Virus record (IMG/VR): IMGVR_UViG_3300010151_000007
Coordinates: 36,327-100,326 of that record
Origin: a virus
Length of the DNA stretch: 64,000 nt
Strand: one strand, 5' to 3'
The position numbers were made by a program, and so were the translations under genes. The notes under the pieces were generated by a model, which ran no database searches, was not told where the DNA came from, and was given only the letters and a program-made list of their open reading frames with translations. This document shows, in pieces, positions 9,090 to 18,962 of the stretch. The number at the start of each line of letters is the position of its first letter. Positions within the stretch are counted from its first letter, which is position 1.

Positions 9090-12000
9090 ATGGCAAAGAA
9101 AAAGAATAGTGAAGGGCGCGAGAGTTTAGAAGAATTTGGAAGGCTCAAAGAGCCTGATGATTCCGAGACTGGTGTTGAAGCTGGTGTTGTAATACCAGAT
9201 ATCCTCAATAGGGTTCCAAATACAAACACCGAATTAACGAATAACGACTTGATTTCAATTCCTGAATTTGATAGGCCAGTGATTTTTACTTCATTGGGTG
9301 ATGAAGATTCTGAAGCAATTTCTGGTTTTAAGTTTGACGGGTGCGAAGCATCTGATTTCTTTAGCACTGAACCGGAGGAGTGTGAACCCTGTTTGAAGAA
9401 TCCTTTCGCATTTGTTCCAGATTGGACCTCTATGTTGGAAGGTGAAGTTTTCTTTAATGGAAAAGAATGTCAACATTGCGTCGTAATGTATAGTGATGAT
9501 GTCAATCCACAGGGTGCCGCTCTTAAGAAGGTGAAAGAAGATGGTGTCAAGAAGCTGATCGAAGTGTTCCGCAAAGCATCAGTCGCAAAAGCTGTCTATT
9601 ATGTGCCAAGATCTCAAAGAAATAAAGATATAATCCCACCTATATCCATAGGAGAGGAATTTACCTTAGCAGAAATTGGTGGTGTATTACCCACTTTTCA
9701 TATATTTGGTGCTTTACTTGATCTGGCTGCTGCACCGCCCCCTGCCAGAAAAGGGTTTGTAAGGGTAACTGAAACCTTTAACATGGTAGAGGAATTAGAT
9801 GCGGCGGCTACAATTGAAAAGCATACTCCAATCTCAAGCGCGATTGGGACTAAGGTTCTGGTTTGCGTTCCTTCCGCACAATTGGAAAAAATCCCTCAAG
9901 CAATCCTTTCAGAGCCCGACACAGAATTTGAATCTAAACTGACTGTCACTATACTAGGCCCAGACTTTGCTCGGTTCGTGAATAAGACGAAGAAGACTTT
10001 TACAAGATACAACAAGCAAGTTTTGAGATGGGCTGTCTTTGATGGTGGATTACTCTTGAAGAAGGGTTCGACCAACAGAGACGACTATGTTGTTTTGGAT
10101 TTGCTTAAAGAAAAAGACTTCCTTTCTCAATTTCAAAAAGAATTGCTAGATATGCTCAAGACCAAGGGTTTAACCACAGGGCCATCAACCACGGTTTTGG
10201 AAAAGTTCACAATCAACTTTGAAGAAGAGGGGGACAAGCTAAAGATAAAAGAGGTCATCGCTAATAGTGGCGGCTGTAGAGACATCGTGTTTTCGAGAAC
10301 TTCCAATTCTTCTGAATTTAACAAGTTCATGAAAAAACGTTCAAGTTTGAGATCAACAACACTTGGATACATCGGTGCTCTTCCAGAAATGGATTCAGCC
10401 ATTTCGGCTAGAAAACCAATGTCTTGGCTTGAATATGTTACTAAATTTACATATCCCGGCTTAGAGGTTAGTCTTGGGCCAAATGCAATAGTGAAATCAA
10501 ATGATAGTTGTTTCGCTGATGATCAGATTAATATCTTCTTAAATTCCATGTTAGATGCCCTCATAGATCTCGGCGGCGATATTTTATCTGAAACTAATAA
10601 AACACTATGTCGAACAGTTGATGAGTCCGAGACATACAAAAGAGATTTGAACAAACAGGCAGATGACAATCTAAGAAGAATATTGATTGCAGAAGTTAAA
10701 ATGCATGGTAACAGTAAGCCGTTTGTTGATCTGCTAATTAAGATGCTTGAAAAACAAGATCTTGATTTCGAAAGTCTTTGGAGCGACTTGATTGATAAAA
10801 TGGGCTACTGTGGCTGGATTCAGATGGCTAAGAATTCGATTGACTGCTTGGCTCAAGGCTTGGGTGCCGACAGTTTAGAGAAAGCTATGGTTGAAGCTAT
10901 TTTTAAAGCAATACCGGAAGATCAAATAGAAAAGGTCTTCGTTGGATTACCACCCGATGTTCAAAAAAAGATAACAGACAAAATAGGGGCATCATTCAAC
11001 AATGCTCCTGCTCCGTGGGATGCGGGTTATCGTTCTGGGAATTATAGCGGCCCAGGCTTCAATCCAAAAGAAAGAGCAAAAGCTGTCAAAGAGACAAAAG
11101 CCGAACCCGGTTTTACCCCTACTCCAATCCCAACTCGCGGTGCCGGGCGTAGTCGCACGGAATTACCCAACACCACGGCTCGCAAGATTGTTAAAGCAAG
11201 GGAAAAAGAAAACCAAGTAGATCCTACACAGGTAAGTGAGAACCAAGCTTTGAGAGGTTCTGGCGGAACATATGGGAATATGCTGGGAGATATCCAGAAA
11301 GAGATATTTGCAGCATATAAAGACGCCATCTTAGAGTTTGCGGGTGTCCAGCAGTTAATGACGATTTTGGAAGATCTTCCGGGCGTGGGTATAGTAGCAC
11401 AAGTATTTCGTTCTAGTCCTTGCACTCTACCCGGTCCTTTGAACTTTGAGCCACCACTCGATAGTTTCTTGAACACTTTAGAGTTTGATTTTTGTAACAT
11501 CCCTGGTGGCAATTGGGCAGACTTGACTTTGCCTAAAATGAACCCCCCAATGGACAAGGGTGTCCCAATCAAGATTGCTGCCAGTAATATAATGAAAGTT
11601 ATTGGGGAGATCGCGAAGGAAGTGTTGATTGCACTTGCGATGCAATTGTTCAAGAAAATATTGACAGGAATGATAAAAGCCATCAGTGGTATTGCATGCG
11701 AAGCACTCAAAACTCTAGGCGGCGCTCTCGGAGATTTGGTCAACGGAAACGACAAACTTAAAGACGGGTTGAAAAAACAACTATGTCCCGACAAAGATCT
11801 TTCTGATGAAGAGTTCGCTGCCACACTCAATAAGTTGTTCAATAGTTTGAACCCCGTTGATCCAACTTGTTTGGAAACAATCACGAACGAAGAGATTGGT
11901 ACTTTTATCGATGATATTTTGTTAGTGCTGACTCAAGGTCAAATCTTGGACCTATTGGCTGGTGTTGCCAGCCAAGAGGTTCTGGAGATTGTAACAAGAA

Positions 12001-15000
12001 CTGCCTTAAGTTCAGAATCAGAATGCATTTCAGATATCTTTTCTGATCCTTCCGCTGTTGATTCATATTTTGATGGTCTGGGAGATTTGCTTAATTTGGA
12101 TGATTTGATTGACGAATTGGGTCAATTCCCTCGCGAACTTCCAAACACGGTCTGCACTCCAGAAATGCTGGAAGATATTGACGATTTACGCTGTCAATTG
12201 CTGCAACAAAAGGGTATGTCCCTTCAAGATTGTCGTGACGAATTAGACAGACTGAAAGCAGAGGCCGAAAAGAACCTTGGAGATTTGGCAGATGTCCTAC
12301 AAAATGGCCCATTCGCCGACCTGCCCGGTCTTCTTTCCACTGCTGATTGTCCGACAGATGGTTTGTTTCCATATAACGATCTGAACGTTATGGATTTGAC
12401 ACCGCACGTCATTGGCCCGGTATTCACATCCATTTCAAACGAACACACCGCAGACCTATTGGGCTCCGATGGCGTATTAAATAATATCCTTTCAGATACA
12501 AACGGGAAAAGACTCCGTGCTCACAACTTCTATGTTAGGCATTTCGGCAACCCAAATTCATCAAACTTAAGTTTCTTCGAATGGTATTCGGATAATTCGA
12601 TTGAAGATCACGACGCCACATTCCTTAAGCCAAACCCAATCGATCAGTTTGGTAATAAATTAAAAGGCGCGGAGGCTAGTGGCAACAGTATTGTCGCGGC
12701 AATTTTTGGTTCGCACGGTGGTTTCCCACCGACAGTCGGCTCGTGGTTGATGAAACAATATGAAGAATTGGATATTAGTTTCTCGACAAAGCGTTTAACG
12801 GAAGATCAACTAGCTCTAGAAGAGATTTTGGAAGATAATCCATTTATTTCCTTTAGCCCAGCTTCGAATGATTTAGAATTGAACTACATTGATTTCAAAA
12901 GCGAATATTCATTTAAACTGGTGTATGACTACAACATAGAAGAAAATGGAGAGTTATTAAAAAACAAGTATCGTGTAAAGATAATAGAGGATTTGGATCC
13001 ATCTGATGATGGAAATCTTTCCCGAGTAAATATCCCTAAAGGTACTCCCCCCTCTATTCTCCAATCTCGCGGAGGTACTATAACTTCTGGTGATTTCACG
13101 ATTAGTTCTGTTCCCTCTGAAGAAGTTCGAATATTATTGGGTACTTTGAATCTCGAAAACGATAGCAAAATCTCCTACGAGTCCGAAGCTCTGAAAGAAT
13201 ACATTTCAAGTGTATTAAAGAGTAACATCGACCTATCACAAGACTCCAAAGACAAGTTGGAATCAAATTCACACAGAAGTTATGTGACAAACATTTTTGA
13301 TATTATCAACAAGGGATTCTTACGCAGAATCTCTGATAAAATCATAACCCCAGCAGAGGGTAAAGAGATACCTAAGGGTTTTGCTTTTGGTTATGATGCC
13401 GACAGGCAGCCAGAAGTGGTGTTATTAGATCCGGAGAAATATGGCGGCAACGAGATCTCACCAGCTTTCTACGTGAAGCCTCCGAAAAGAGACGGGTGGA
13501 TGGGTATGCTGGACGAACTAGTTCCGGAATGGGACGCCTGTGAACCTCGTAGAACCCCTATGTGCGACTTTGAAGGTATAAAAGACAATGTTCAGGATTT
13601 GTATGGGAAGCTAAAAGAAGACAAACGCCGCGAATTCACGCCTTTGTGTACCGAAGAAGCACCTTACGATAAAATGCTCGACCGTATGGCAGCAGCCTCT
13701 TTAGACGGAGTGGTTAGGACTGCTTTAAGAATTTACATTGTCGATGTCTTGCTTCGTGTCATTCCGGTAATAACGCAGTTTGAACTTAACATACCAGAGA
13801 ATTTTGACGCCCTTCTAGAAGAATATATCGTTGATTATTCGATAGAACGAATCAAAGAAGAAGATAAGAAAGTTTTCGGTGGAAGCAATCATTATTATTA
13901 CAGATTTTTGGAGCAGGTTGTTAACAATATTGCAAGAAAGATAGATTCAAAAATAATCAGCATGGATGATTTGACACCAGAAGAAAAAGAAGCGTTTGAC
14001 TCGATCGCTGACACTGTGGCTCGTTTCTATACCACTTATCAAGGCAAGCTGGAGTCTCTTTCAACTACGGCGATTACAACACAAGACTTTGTGCAGAGGG
14101 CTTTTTCTCACAAGAATGCTGAATTGGGCGATGGTTCTGCCGCTTTCAACAAGCTTGAAGCAAAAAGAGCCAAAGAAGAGGTCTTTAATAAGATAATCGG
14201 CTCAACTCAAAAAGAAGCTAAAATTCTCATGAGAAGGTATGTTCGCGAAGAGTTTGAACACATGCGTGGCGATTTTAATGACAGGCTAAAGCCGACAATT
14301 TCTAATTTGGACTCTTTGTTTCTCGGAAGCGAGAGTTGGATTCAAGGTGCTGTAAGTTCCGGTGGCCCCAAGAATGTGTTTTCAGATCCCACCGAAAACA
14401 ATCTTTTCGAGACTCGCGAAGGTGAGATCCCTAATTGGCCGTTTGTGCTAGAGAAATATGTGCTCATTGAAGAAAAAGATGATCCTCAATTGGCGAACCG
14501 CGAAGAAAACTTGTTTCACATCGTTAACATGTCTGACTGGGAAGATTACGTCCAGAAACAAAGAGACGATGGCATCACTGGTGACATTTCAAAATATTGG
14601 AAATCTTGGAAATTTGGTATTAGAGTTGTTTATAAACCAATAAACGCTTTTGACAATGCTTATTGGTCACCACTAACGACTGGCGCGACTAGAGAACAGA
14701 GAATGAAACATAAAGCGTTCCTAATCGGCGAAAATGATGCATATATTCCTTTAGTTAATGCAGAACTAGAGATAGAAGATCAAGAATTTACTGATTTCGA
14801 CCCCGAAGCATATGATGTTTTCTGCTTAATTAAGGAACTTCGGAAGAAAACTGAATACAAAATGCTGTTCAAATACTGTTTCCCGATGCAAAGGTTTCTT
14901 TCTTTACTTACGCTGTATTCTGCAAAAGGGTTCTATCCTTCAATCGGTAACATTGGTGCGCCCGAAGAAGGTGGGGATCGTTGGGTTCTTGCGGGCGGTC

Positions 15001-15263
15001 GCGCTCTCTTTGGATTCAGAGCGTGGGATAGACAGACCTTTGAACGCTCTTCAAAGCAGGCAAGAATTATGTTTGAAACCATCTACGAGACAACAAACAA
15101 AGATACTACTTATAAAGTGAGAGGCCAAAGGACCGTATCGGCCAACTTCAGGGACACTTTGAGGCCGAAGATTAACTTTGATACTGGTTTAAGGTGGTGG
15201 CAAAGAAGGAATAGACGCAACAGACCATACGATAAGTTTGGTAACGACTGTGAGGATGAATAA
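9090..15263 (+). CDS. Giant (2057 aa) acidic, Cys-rich baseplate-region protein of unknown function
   Basis: Long ORF between spike and gp25; no recognised domain. Confidence 0.7.
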   Translation: MAKKKNSEGRESLEEFGRLKEPDDSETGVEAGVVIPDILNRVPNTNTELTNNDLISIPEFDRPVIFTSLGDEDSEAISGFKFDGCEASDFFSTEPEECEPCLKNPFAFVPDWTSMLEGEVFFNGKECQHCVVMYSDDVNPQGAALKKVKEDGVKKLIEVFRKASVAKAVYYVPRSQRNKDIIPPISIGEEFTLAEIGGVLPTFHIFGALLDLAAAPPPARKGFVRVTETFNMVEELDAAATIEKHTPISSAIGTKVLVCVPSAQLEKIPQAILSEPDTEFESKLTVTILGPDFARFVNKTKKTFTRYNKQVLRWAVFDGGLLLKKGSTNRDDYVVLDLLKEKDFLSQFQKELLDMLKTKGLTTGPSTTVLEKFTINFEEEGDKLKIKEVIANSGGCRDIVFSRTSNSSEFNKFMKKRSSLRSTTLGYIGALPEMDSAISARKPMSWLEYVTKFTYPGLEVSLGPNAIVKSNDSCFADDQINIFLNSMLDALIDLGGDILSETNKTLCRTVDESETYKRDLNKQADDNLRRILIAEVKMHGNSKPFVDLLIKMLEKQDLDFESLWSDLIDKMGYCGWIQMAKNSIDCLAQGLGADSLEKAMVEAIFKAIPEDQIEKVFVGLPPDVQKKITDKIGASFNNAPAPWDAGYRSGNYSGPGFNPKERAKAVKETKAEPGFTPTPIPTRGAGRSRTELPNTTARKIVKAREKENQVDPTQVSENQALRGSGGTYGNMLGDIQKEIFAAYKDAILEFAGVQQLMTILEDLPGVGIVAQVFRSSPCTLPGPLNFEPPLDSFLNTLEFDFCNIPGGNWADLTLPKMNPPMDKGVPIKIAASNIMKVIGEIAKEVLIALAMQLFKKILTGMIKAISGIACEALKTLGGALGDLVNGNDKLKDGLKKQLCPDKDLSDEEFAATLNKLFNSLNPVDPTCLETITNEEIGTFIDDILLVLTQGQILDLLAGVASQEVLEIVTRTALSSESECISDIFSDPSAVDSYFDGLGDLLNLDDLIDELGQFPRELPNTVCTPEMLEDIDDLRCQLLQQKGMSLQDCRDELDRLKAEAEKNLGDLADVLQNGPFADLPGLLSTADCPTDGLFPYNDLNVMDLTPHVIGPVFTSISNEHTADLLGSDGVLNNILSDTNGKRLRAHNFYVRHFGNPNSSNLSFFEWYSDNSIEDHDATFLKPNPIDQFGNKLKGAEASGNSIVAAIFGSHGGFPPTVGSWLMKQYEELDISFSTKRLTEDQLALEEILEDNPFISFSPASNDLELNYIDFKSEYSFKLVYDYNIEENGELLKNKYRVKIIEDLDPSDDGNLSRVNIPKGTPPSILQSRGGTITSGDFTISSVPSEEVRILLGTLNLENDSKISYESEALKEYISSVLKSNIDLSQDSKDKLESNSHRSYVTNIFDIINKGFLRRISDKIITPAEGKEIPKGFAFGYDADRQPEVVLLDPEKYGGNEISPAFYVKPPKRDGWMGMLDELVPEWDACEPRRTPMCDFEGIKDNVQDLYGKLKEDKRREFTPLCTEEAPYDKMLDRMAAASLDGVVRTALRIYIVDVLLRVIPVITQFELNIPENFDALLEEYIVDYSIERIKEEDKKVFGGSNHYYYRFLEQVVNNIARKIDSKIISMDDLTPEEKEAFDSIADTVARFYTTYQGKLESLSTTAITTQDFVQRAFSHKNAELGDGSAAFNKLEAKRAKEEVFNKIIGSTQKEAKILMRRYVREEFEHMRGDFNDRLKPTISNLDSLFLGSESWIQGAVSSGGPKNVFSDPTENNLFETREGEIPNWPFVLEKYVLIEEKDDPQLANREENLFHIVNMSDWEDYVQKQRDDGITGDISKYWKSWKFGIRVVYKPINAFDNAYWSPLTTGATREQRMKHKAFLIGENDAYIPLVNAELEIEDQEFTDFDPEAYDVFCLIKELRKKTEYKMLFKYCFPMQRFLSLLTLYSAKGFYPSIGNIGAPEEGGDRWVLAGGRALFGFRAWDRQTFERSSKQARIMFETIYETTNKDTTYKVRGQRTVSANFRDTLRPKINFDTGLRWWQRRNRRNRPYDKFGNDCEDE

Positions 15264-15664
15264 TGGCTCAAGGGATAGCAATAAAATTACCACTAGAAGT
15301 TGACAGTGTTGACGGACCTTTTTCTCTGCATAAAACAGAATTAGAGGCGATTCAGCAAAACTTGAAAATGTTATTACTCACCTCTCCTGGTGAACGGATT
15401 ATGGTGCCAGACTATGGTGTTGGTATTAGAAACTTCTTGTTTTCTCAAAATACAGAATCGTTGATAAGAGACATTCAGGATACCATCGCAAATCAGATAT
15501 CGAAGTTCATGCCATATATTAAAATTAACGATATCGAAGTCGGAAGTCCTGAACTATCTGCTGGCTCGGTATTTATTGACAAGAATATAATCGAAATAAG
15601 GATTTCTTATTTTGTTCCAAACCTTAGACTCGGTAATGTTTTGAGACTACCAGTTTCAGGTTGA
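15263..15664 (+). CDS. gp25: Baseplate wedge subunit gp25-like
   Basis: IQQNLKMLLLTSPGERIMVPDYGVGIRNFLF motif. Confidence 0.9.
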   Translation: MAQGIAIKLPLEVDSVDGPFSLHKTELEAIQQNLKMLLLTSPGERIMVPDYGVGIRNFLFSQNTESLIRDIQDTIANQISKFMPYIKINDIEVGSPELSAGSVFIDKNIIEIRISYFVPNLRLGNVLRLPVSG

Positions 15665-15665
15665 A

Positions 15666-15673
15666 ACTAATTA
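15666..15673 (+). promoter_or_regulatory. Candidate late promoter ACTAATTA
   Basis: Intergenic, 20 nt before ATG 15694. Confidence 0.7.
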
Positions 15674-15693
15674 TTTAAGGAAAAGAAACAATA

Positions 15694-17490
15694 ATGCCCA
15701 AAAAGAATTTACCAATTAAATATACAAGCCGCGACTTCGACTCTATTCGTCAAGAATTAGAAGAGTTTGCTAAAAGATATTACCCGGATACAATCAAGGA
15801 CTTTTCAGAATCATCTGTTAGTTCAATGATGGTTGATGCGGTTTCATATGTTGGTGATGTGCTTTCTTTTTACATCGACTATCAGGCTAACGAAGGCTTG
15901 ATTGATAGTGCAATAGAATATGACAACATTTTAAGACTTGCTAAACAGATGGGTTATAAGTTCAATGGCAGCACTTCCGCTACTGGTAAAGCTGCCTTTT
16001 TTGCCATTGTACAGGCAAATAGTCTAGGTTTAGGTCCGAAAACAGCAAATTTACCCATCCTAAAGCGAAATAGTGTCTTTGGAGCCGATAGTGGTGGCAC
16101 CTTTATTCTCACTCAAGATGTTAGATTTGACAACCCAAACAACGAAGTTGTGGTTGCGAGGGTTGATACGACCACTGGTTTGCCAACTTCTTACGCGATC
16201 AGAGCCTATGGTGATGTCATTTCGGGTAAATTTGAACAAGAATCCATTATTCTCGGGGCTTTTGAGAGGTTCAGGAGGCTAGAATTGTCGGCAAATGACA
16301 TCGTAGAGGTCATAAGCGTCTTCGATTCTGACGGAAATGAATATTCAGAGGTAGAATATCTCTCACAAGACGTTATTTATCGAGGCGTAATCAACAAAGA
16401 CTCTTCTACAAGAGATGAAGTGCCGAAGATTTTCCAAACAGTCGCAGTTCCGAGAAGGTTTGTAACCGAAAGAGAAGAGAAAAAGACCTTTTTGCAGTTT
16501 GGCTATGGAGACGAAAGTCAAACAACTACTGGCGCATTGGTAGATCCTTCAACAGTTGTGATGCAAATGTACAGTAAAGACTATGTAACCGATACTTCTT
16601 TCGACCCATCTAAGCTTTTGAATACTGATAAGTTTGGTGTCGGCCCCGCCAACACAACTTTGACTGTTAGGTATCGAAGAAATACAAATACGAATGTGAA
16701 TGTTGCCGTCGGCTCGTTGAACAAGGTGGTCAGAGCAAATCTAACCTACAATGATCCTTCCGTTGTTTCTGCTGCAAACAGGGCTGACATTTTATCGTCT
16801 ATAGAGGTTTCAAACGAAGAAGCCATAGTAGGTTCAGTCAGCTTACCAACAATCGAGGAGATAAGAAGGTCTGCTTTGGACAACTTTGCATCCCAAAGCC
16901 GTGCAGTAACTCTGAAAGATTACCAAGCTATCGCCTACAATATGGACAGTCAGTTTGGTAAAGTGAAAAGAGTGAATGTAGTTAGGGATAATGATTCGTT
17001 GAAGAGAAATCTAAACATGTATGTTCTTTCAGAAAACTTTAATGGTCGACTAATTTCTCCAAACGTTAAATTGAAAAACAATCTTAAGCGATGGATTTCT
17101 CAATATAAGATGATCAATGACACTATTGATATTTTGGACGCCAAGATTGTTAATTTTGGGATAGAGTTTGAGATTATTGCACAAGATAGAACGAATCGAT
17201 TCGATGTTTTAGAAAAAGCCTTGTCCGTAGTGAGGGCAAAATACAACATTGCTTACATGATAGGCGAATCATTTTTCTTGACAGATGTGTATAGCGTGTT
17301 GAATAAAATAGATGGGGTCGCCGATGTGGCAAATGTTAAATTGGTTAACAAGAGGGGTGGCTCTTATTCTGAATCTTTCTACAACATCAAACGAAACATG
17401 TCTGGTGATGGAAGGTTTTTGAAAGTGCCGGAAAATGTTGCTTTGGAGATTAAATTTCCGTTCTCCGATATCAAAGGGAGTGTCCGATAA
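15694..17490 (+). CDS. gp6: Baseplate wedge subunit gp6-like (baseplate J family)
   Basis: YTSRDFDSIRQEL, DFSESS, YVGDVLSFYID, LAKQMGY, LQFG.G, QSRAVTLKDY. Confidence 0.9.
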   Translation: MPKKNLPIKYTSRDFDSIRQELEEFAKRYYPDTIKDFSESSVSSMMVDAVSYVGDVLSFYIDYQANEGLIDSAIEYDNILRLAKQMGYKFNGSTSATGKAAFFAIVQANSLGLGPKTANLPILKRNSVFGADSGGTFILTQDVRFDNPNNEVVVARVDTTTGLPTSYAIRAYGDVISGKFEQESIILGAFERFRRLELSANDIVEVISVFDSDGNEYSEVEYLSQDVIYRGVINKDSSTRDEVPKIFQTVAVPRRFVTEREEKKTFLQFGYGDESQTTTGALVDPSTVVMQMYSKDYVTDTSFDPSKLLNTDKFGVGPANTTLTVRYRRNTNTNVNVAVGSLNKVVRANLTYNDPSVVSAANRADILSSIEVSNEEAIVGSVSLPTIEEIRRSALDNFASQSRAVTLKDYQAIAYNMDSQFGKVKRVNVVRDNDSLKRNLNMYVLSENFNGRLISPNVKLKNNLKRWISQYKMINDTIDILDAKIVNFGIEFEIIAQDRTNRFDVLEKALSVVRAKYNIAYMIGESFFLTDVYSVLNKIDGVADVANVKLVNKRGGSYSESFYNIKRNMSGDGRFLKVPENVALEIKFPFSDIKGSVR

Positions 17491-18962
17491 TGTCTATTAA
17501 GAGATATTTTGCTAATGCCGATAATACAATCACCAATGCATTCATGGATGATTTAAGAACACGAGGCACTGGTGCAAACATGGGCCAAGCAGATATATTG
17601 GAAGTGTTTTCCGTTTATGCGCAGGCTTCCACCTCTTCCGTTGAAAAATCAAGAGCCCTGATTAAGTTTCCGGTCTCAACTTTTTCTACTGACCGAACCG
17701 CTGGCACAATCCCTGCATCTGGTAGCGTTAGTTGGTATTTAAAACTTTACAACGCAGAACATGGAAGAACTCTTCCAACCAACGTGGCTTACCTCGTTTC
17801 GTCTATTTCGAGAGACTGGACCGAAGGTACTGGTCTGGACATGGAAGGATACAGTGATTTAGGAAAATCTAATTGGGATAGTGCTTCCGCCGCTGTCTCT
17901 TGGACCACTGCTGGCGGGGACTTTTCCACTTCGGGGACATATACTTTTTCTGCGAGTGCTGGTGATGAGAACATAAATATCGATGTCACTAGCTTGGTAG
18001 AAGCGTGGATGGGTGGCGTCCGCGATAATCACGGTTTTATCGTGAAATTGATTGACACTTTTGAAAACGGAACTCGCTCCTATTACACAAAGAAATTCTT
18101 CGGGAGAGGGACCGAATTCTTTTTCAAGCGCCCAGTTTTGGAGGCTCGTTGGGACTCCTCTGAAAAGGATCAGAGAAACAACTTCTTTTACAGTAGCTCT
18201 CTCGCATCTGCCGCAGAAAACCTAAATACAATATATCTTTACAATTATGTAAGGGGTCGCCTTAGGGATATTCCCGCTATTGGTACCGGTGCTATATACG
18301 TGTCTCTTTATTCGGGCTCGACAGGTCCGACGGGCAGTGCTCTCGCACTCACCGCTGACGGCGCTCACGTAGCCTCTACGACCCCCCGCCGGGCAACAGG
18401 GTCTCATGTGTCGACTGGTATCTACAAGGCCACCATGGCCCTCACAGCGGCTTCTACGCCGTTGACAAAATTGTTTGATGTGTGGCAGAATAAAGCCGGA
18501 ACAGATGATTACAAAACAGGATCTATAGAACCAAAAACATTGGCTTCGTTAGACAGCTACCCAGACGACGAATATGTGTCTGCAATTTCTAACATGAAGA
18601 GTTCTTATCGCTATAATGAGATTCCAGTCTTCCGCGTTCACATACGCAAAAAAGATTGGAGCCCCACTATTTATACAGTAGCCAGTAAACAGGTTATAAA
18701 TTCTGAAACAATAGAAAGTGCTTCATATTCTATACACAGGGTTGTTGATGATTTGGAAGTCGTGCCGTATGGGACAGGGAGTGATATGGAAACTAGAATG
18801 TCTTTCGACGTAAGTGGAAATTATTTCTCTCTTGACATGGAAATGTTGGAGCCCGGTTATATGTATGGTATGACCTTCTCGTACTACAATGATGCTTTGG
18901 CTTCCTGGCTAGAACAGCCCGAAACATTCAAATTTAGAATAGACAAAAAACAGAGTAAGTAA
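17490..18962 (+). CDS. Baseplate/tail structural protein with DNRLRE(CBM96)-like domain
   Basis: DWTEGTG, W..AGGDF, IDVTSLVEAW...NHGFIVK, RPVLE; S/T-rich. Confidence 0.6.
   Translation: MSIKRYFANADNTITNAFMDDLRTRGTGANMGQADILEVFSVYAQASTSSVEKSRALIKFPVSTFSTDRTAGTIPASGSVSWYLKLYNAEHGRTLPTNVAYLVSSISRDWTEGTGLDMEGYSDLGKSNWDSASAAVSWTTAGGDFSTSGTYTFSASAGDENINIDVTSLVEAWMGGVRDNHGFIVKLIDTFENGTRSYYTKKFFGRGTEFFFKRPVLEARWDSSEKDQRNNFFYSSSLASAAENLNTIYLYNYVRGRLRDIPAIGTGAIYVSLYSGSTGPTGSALALTADGAHVASTTPRRATGSHVSTGIYKATMALTAASTPLTKLFDVWQNKAGTDDYKTGSIEPKTLASLDSYPDDEYVSAISNMKSSYRYNEIPVFRVHIRKKDWSPTIYTVASKQVINSETIESASYSIHRVVDDLEVVPYGTGSDMETRMSFDVSGNYFSLDMEMLEPGYMYGMTFSYYNDALASWLEQPETFKFRIDKKQSK

Noticed and set aside
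11042-11884. 280-aa minus-strand ORF
   Set aside because: Fully antisense to the 2057-aa gene; low-information S/L/F/P-rich sequence typical of a shadow frame.
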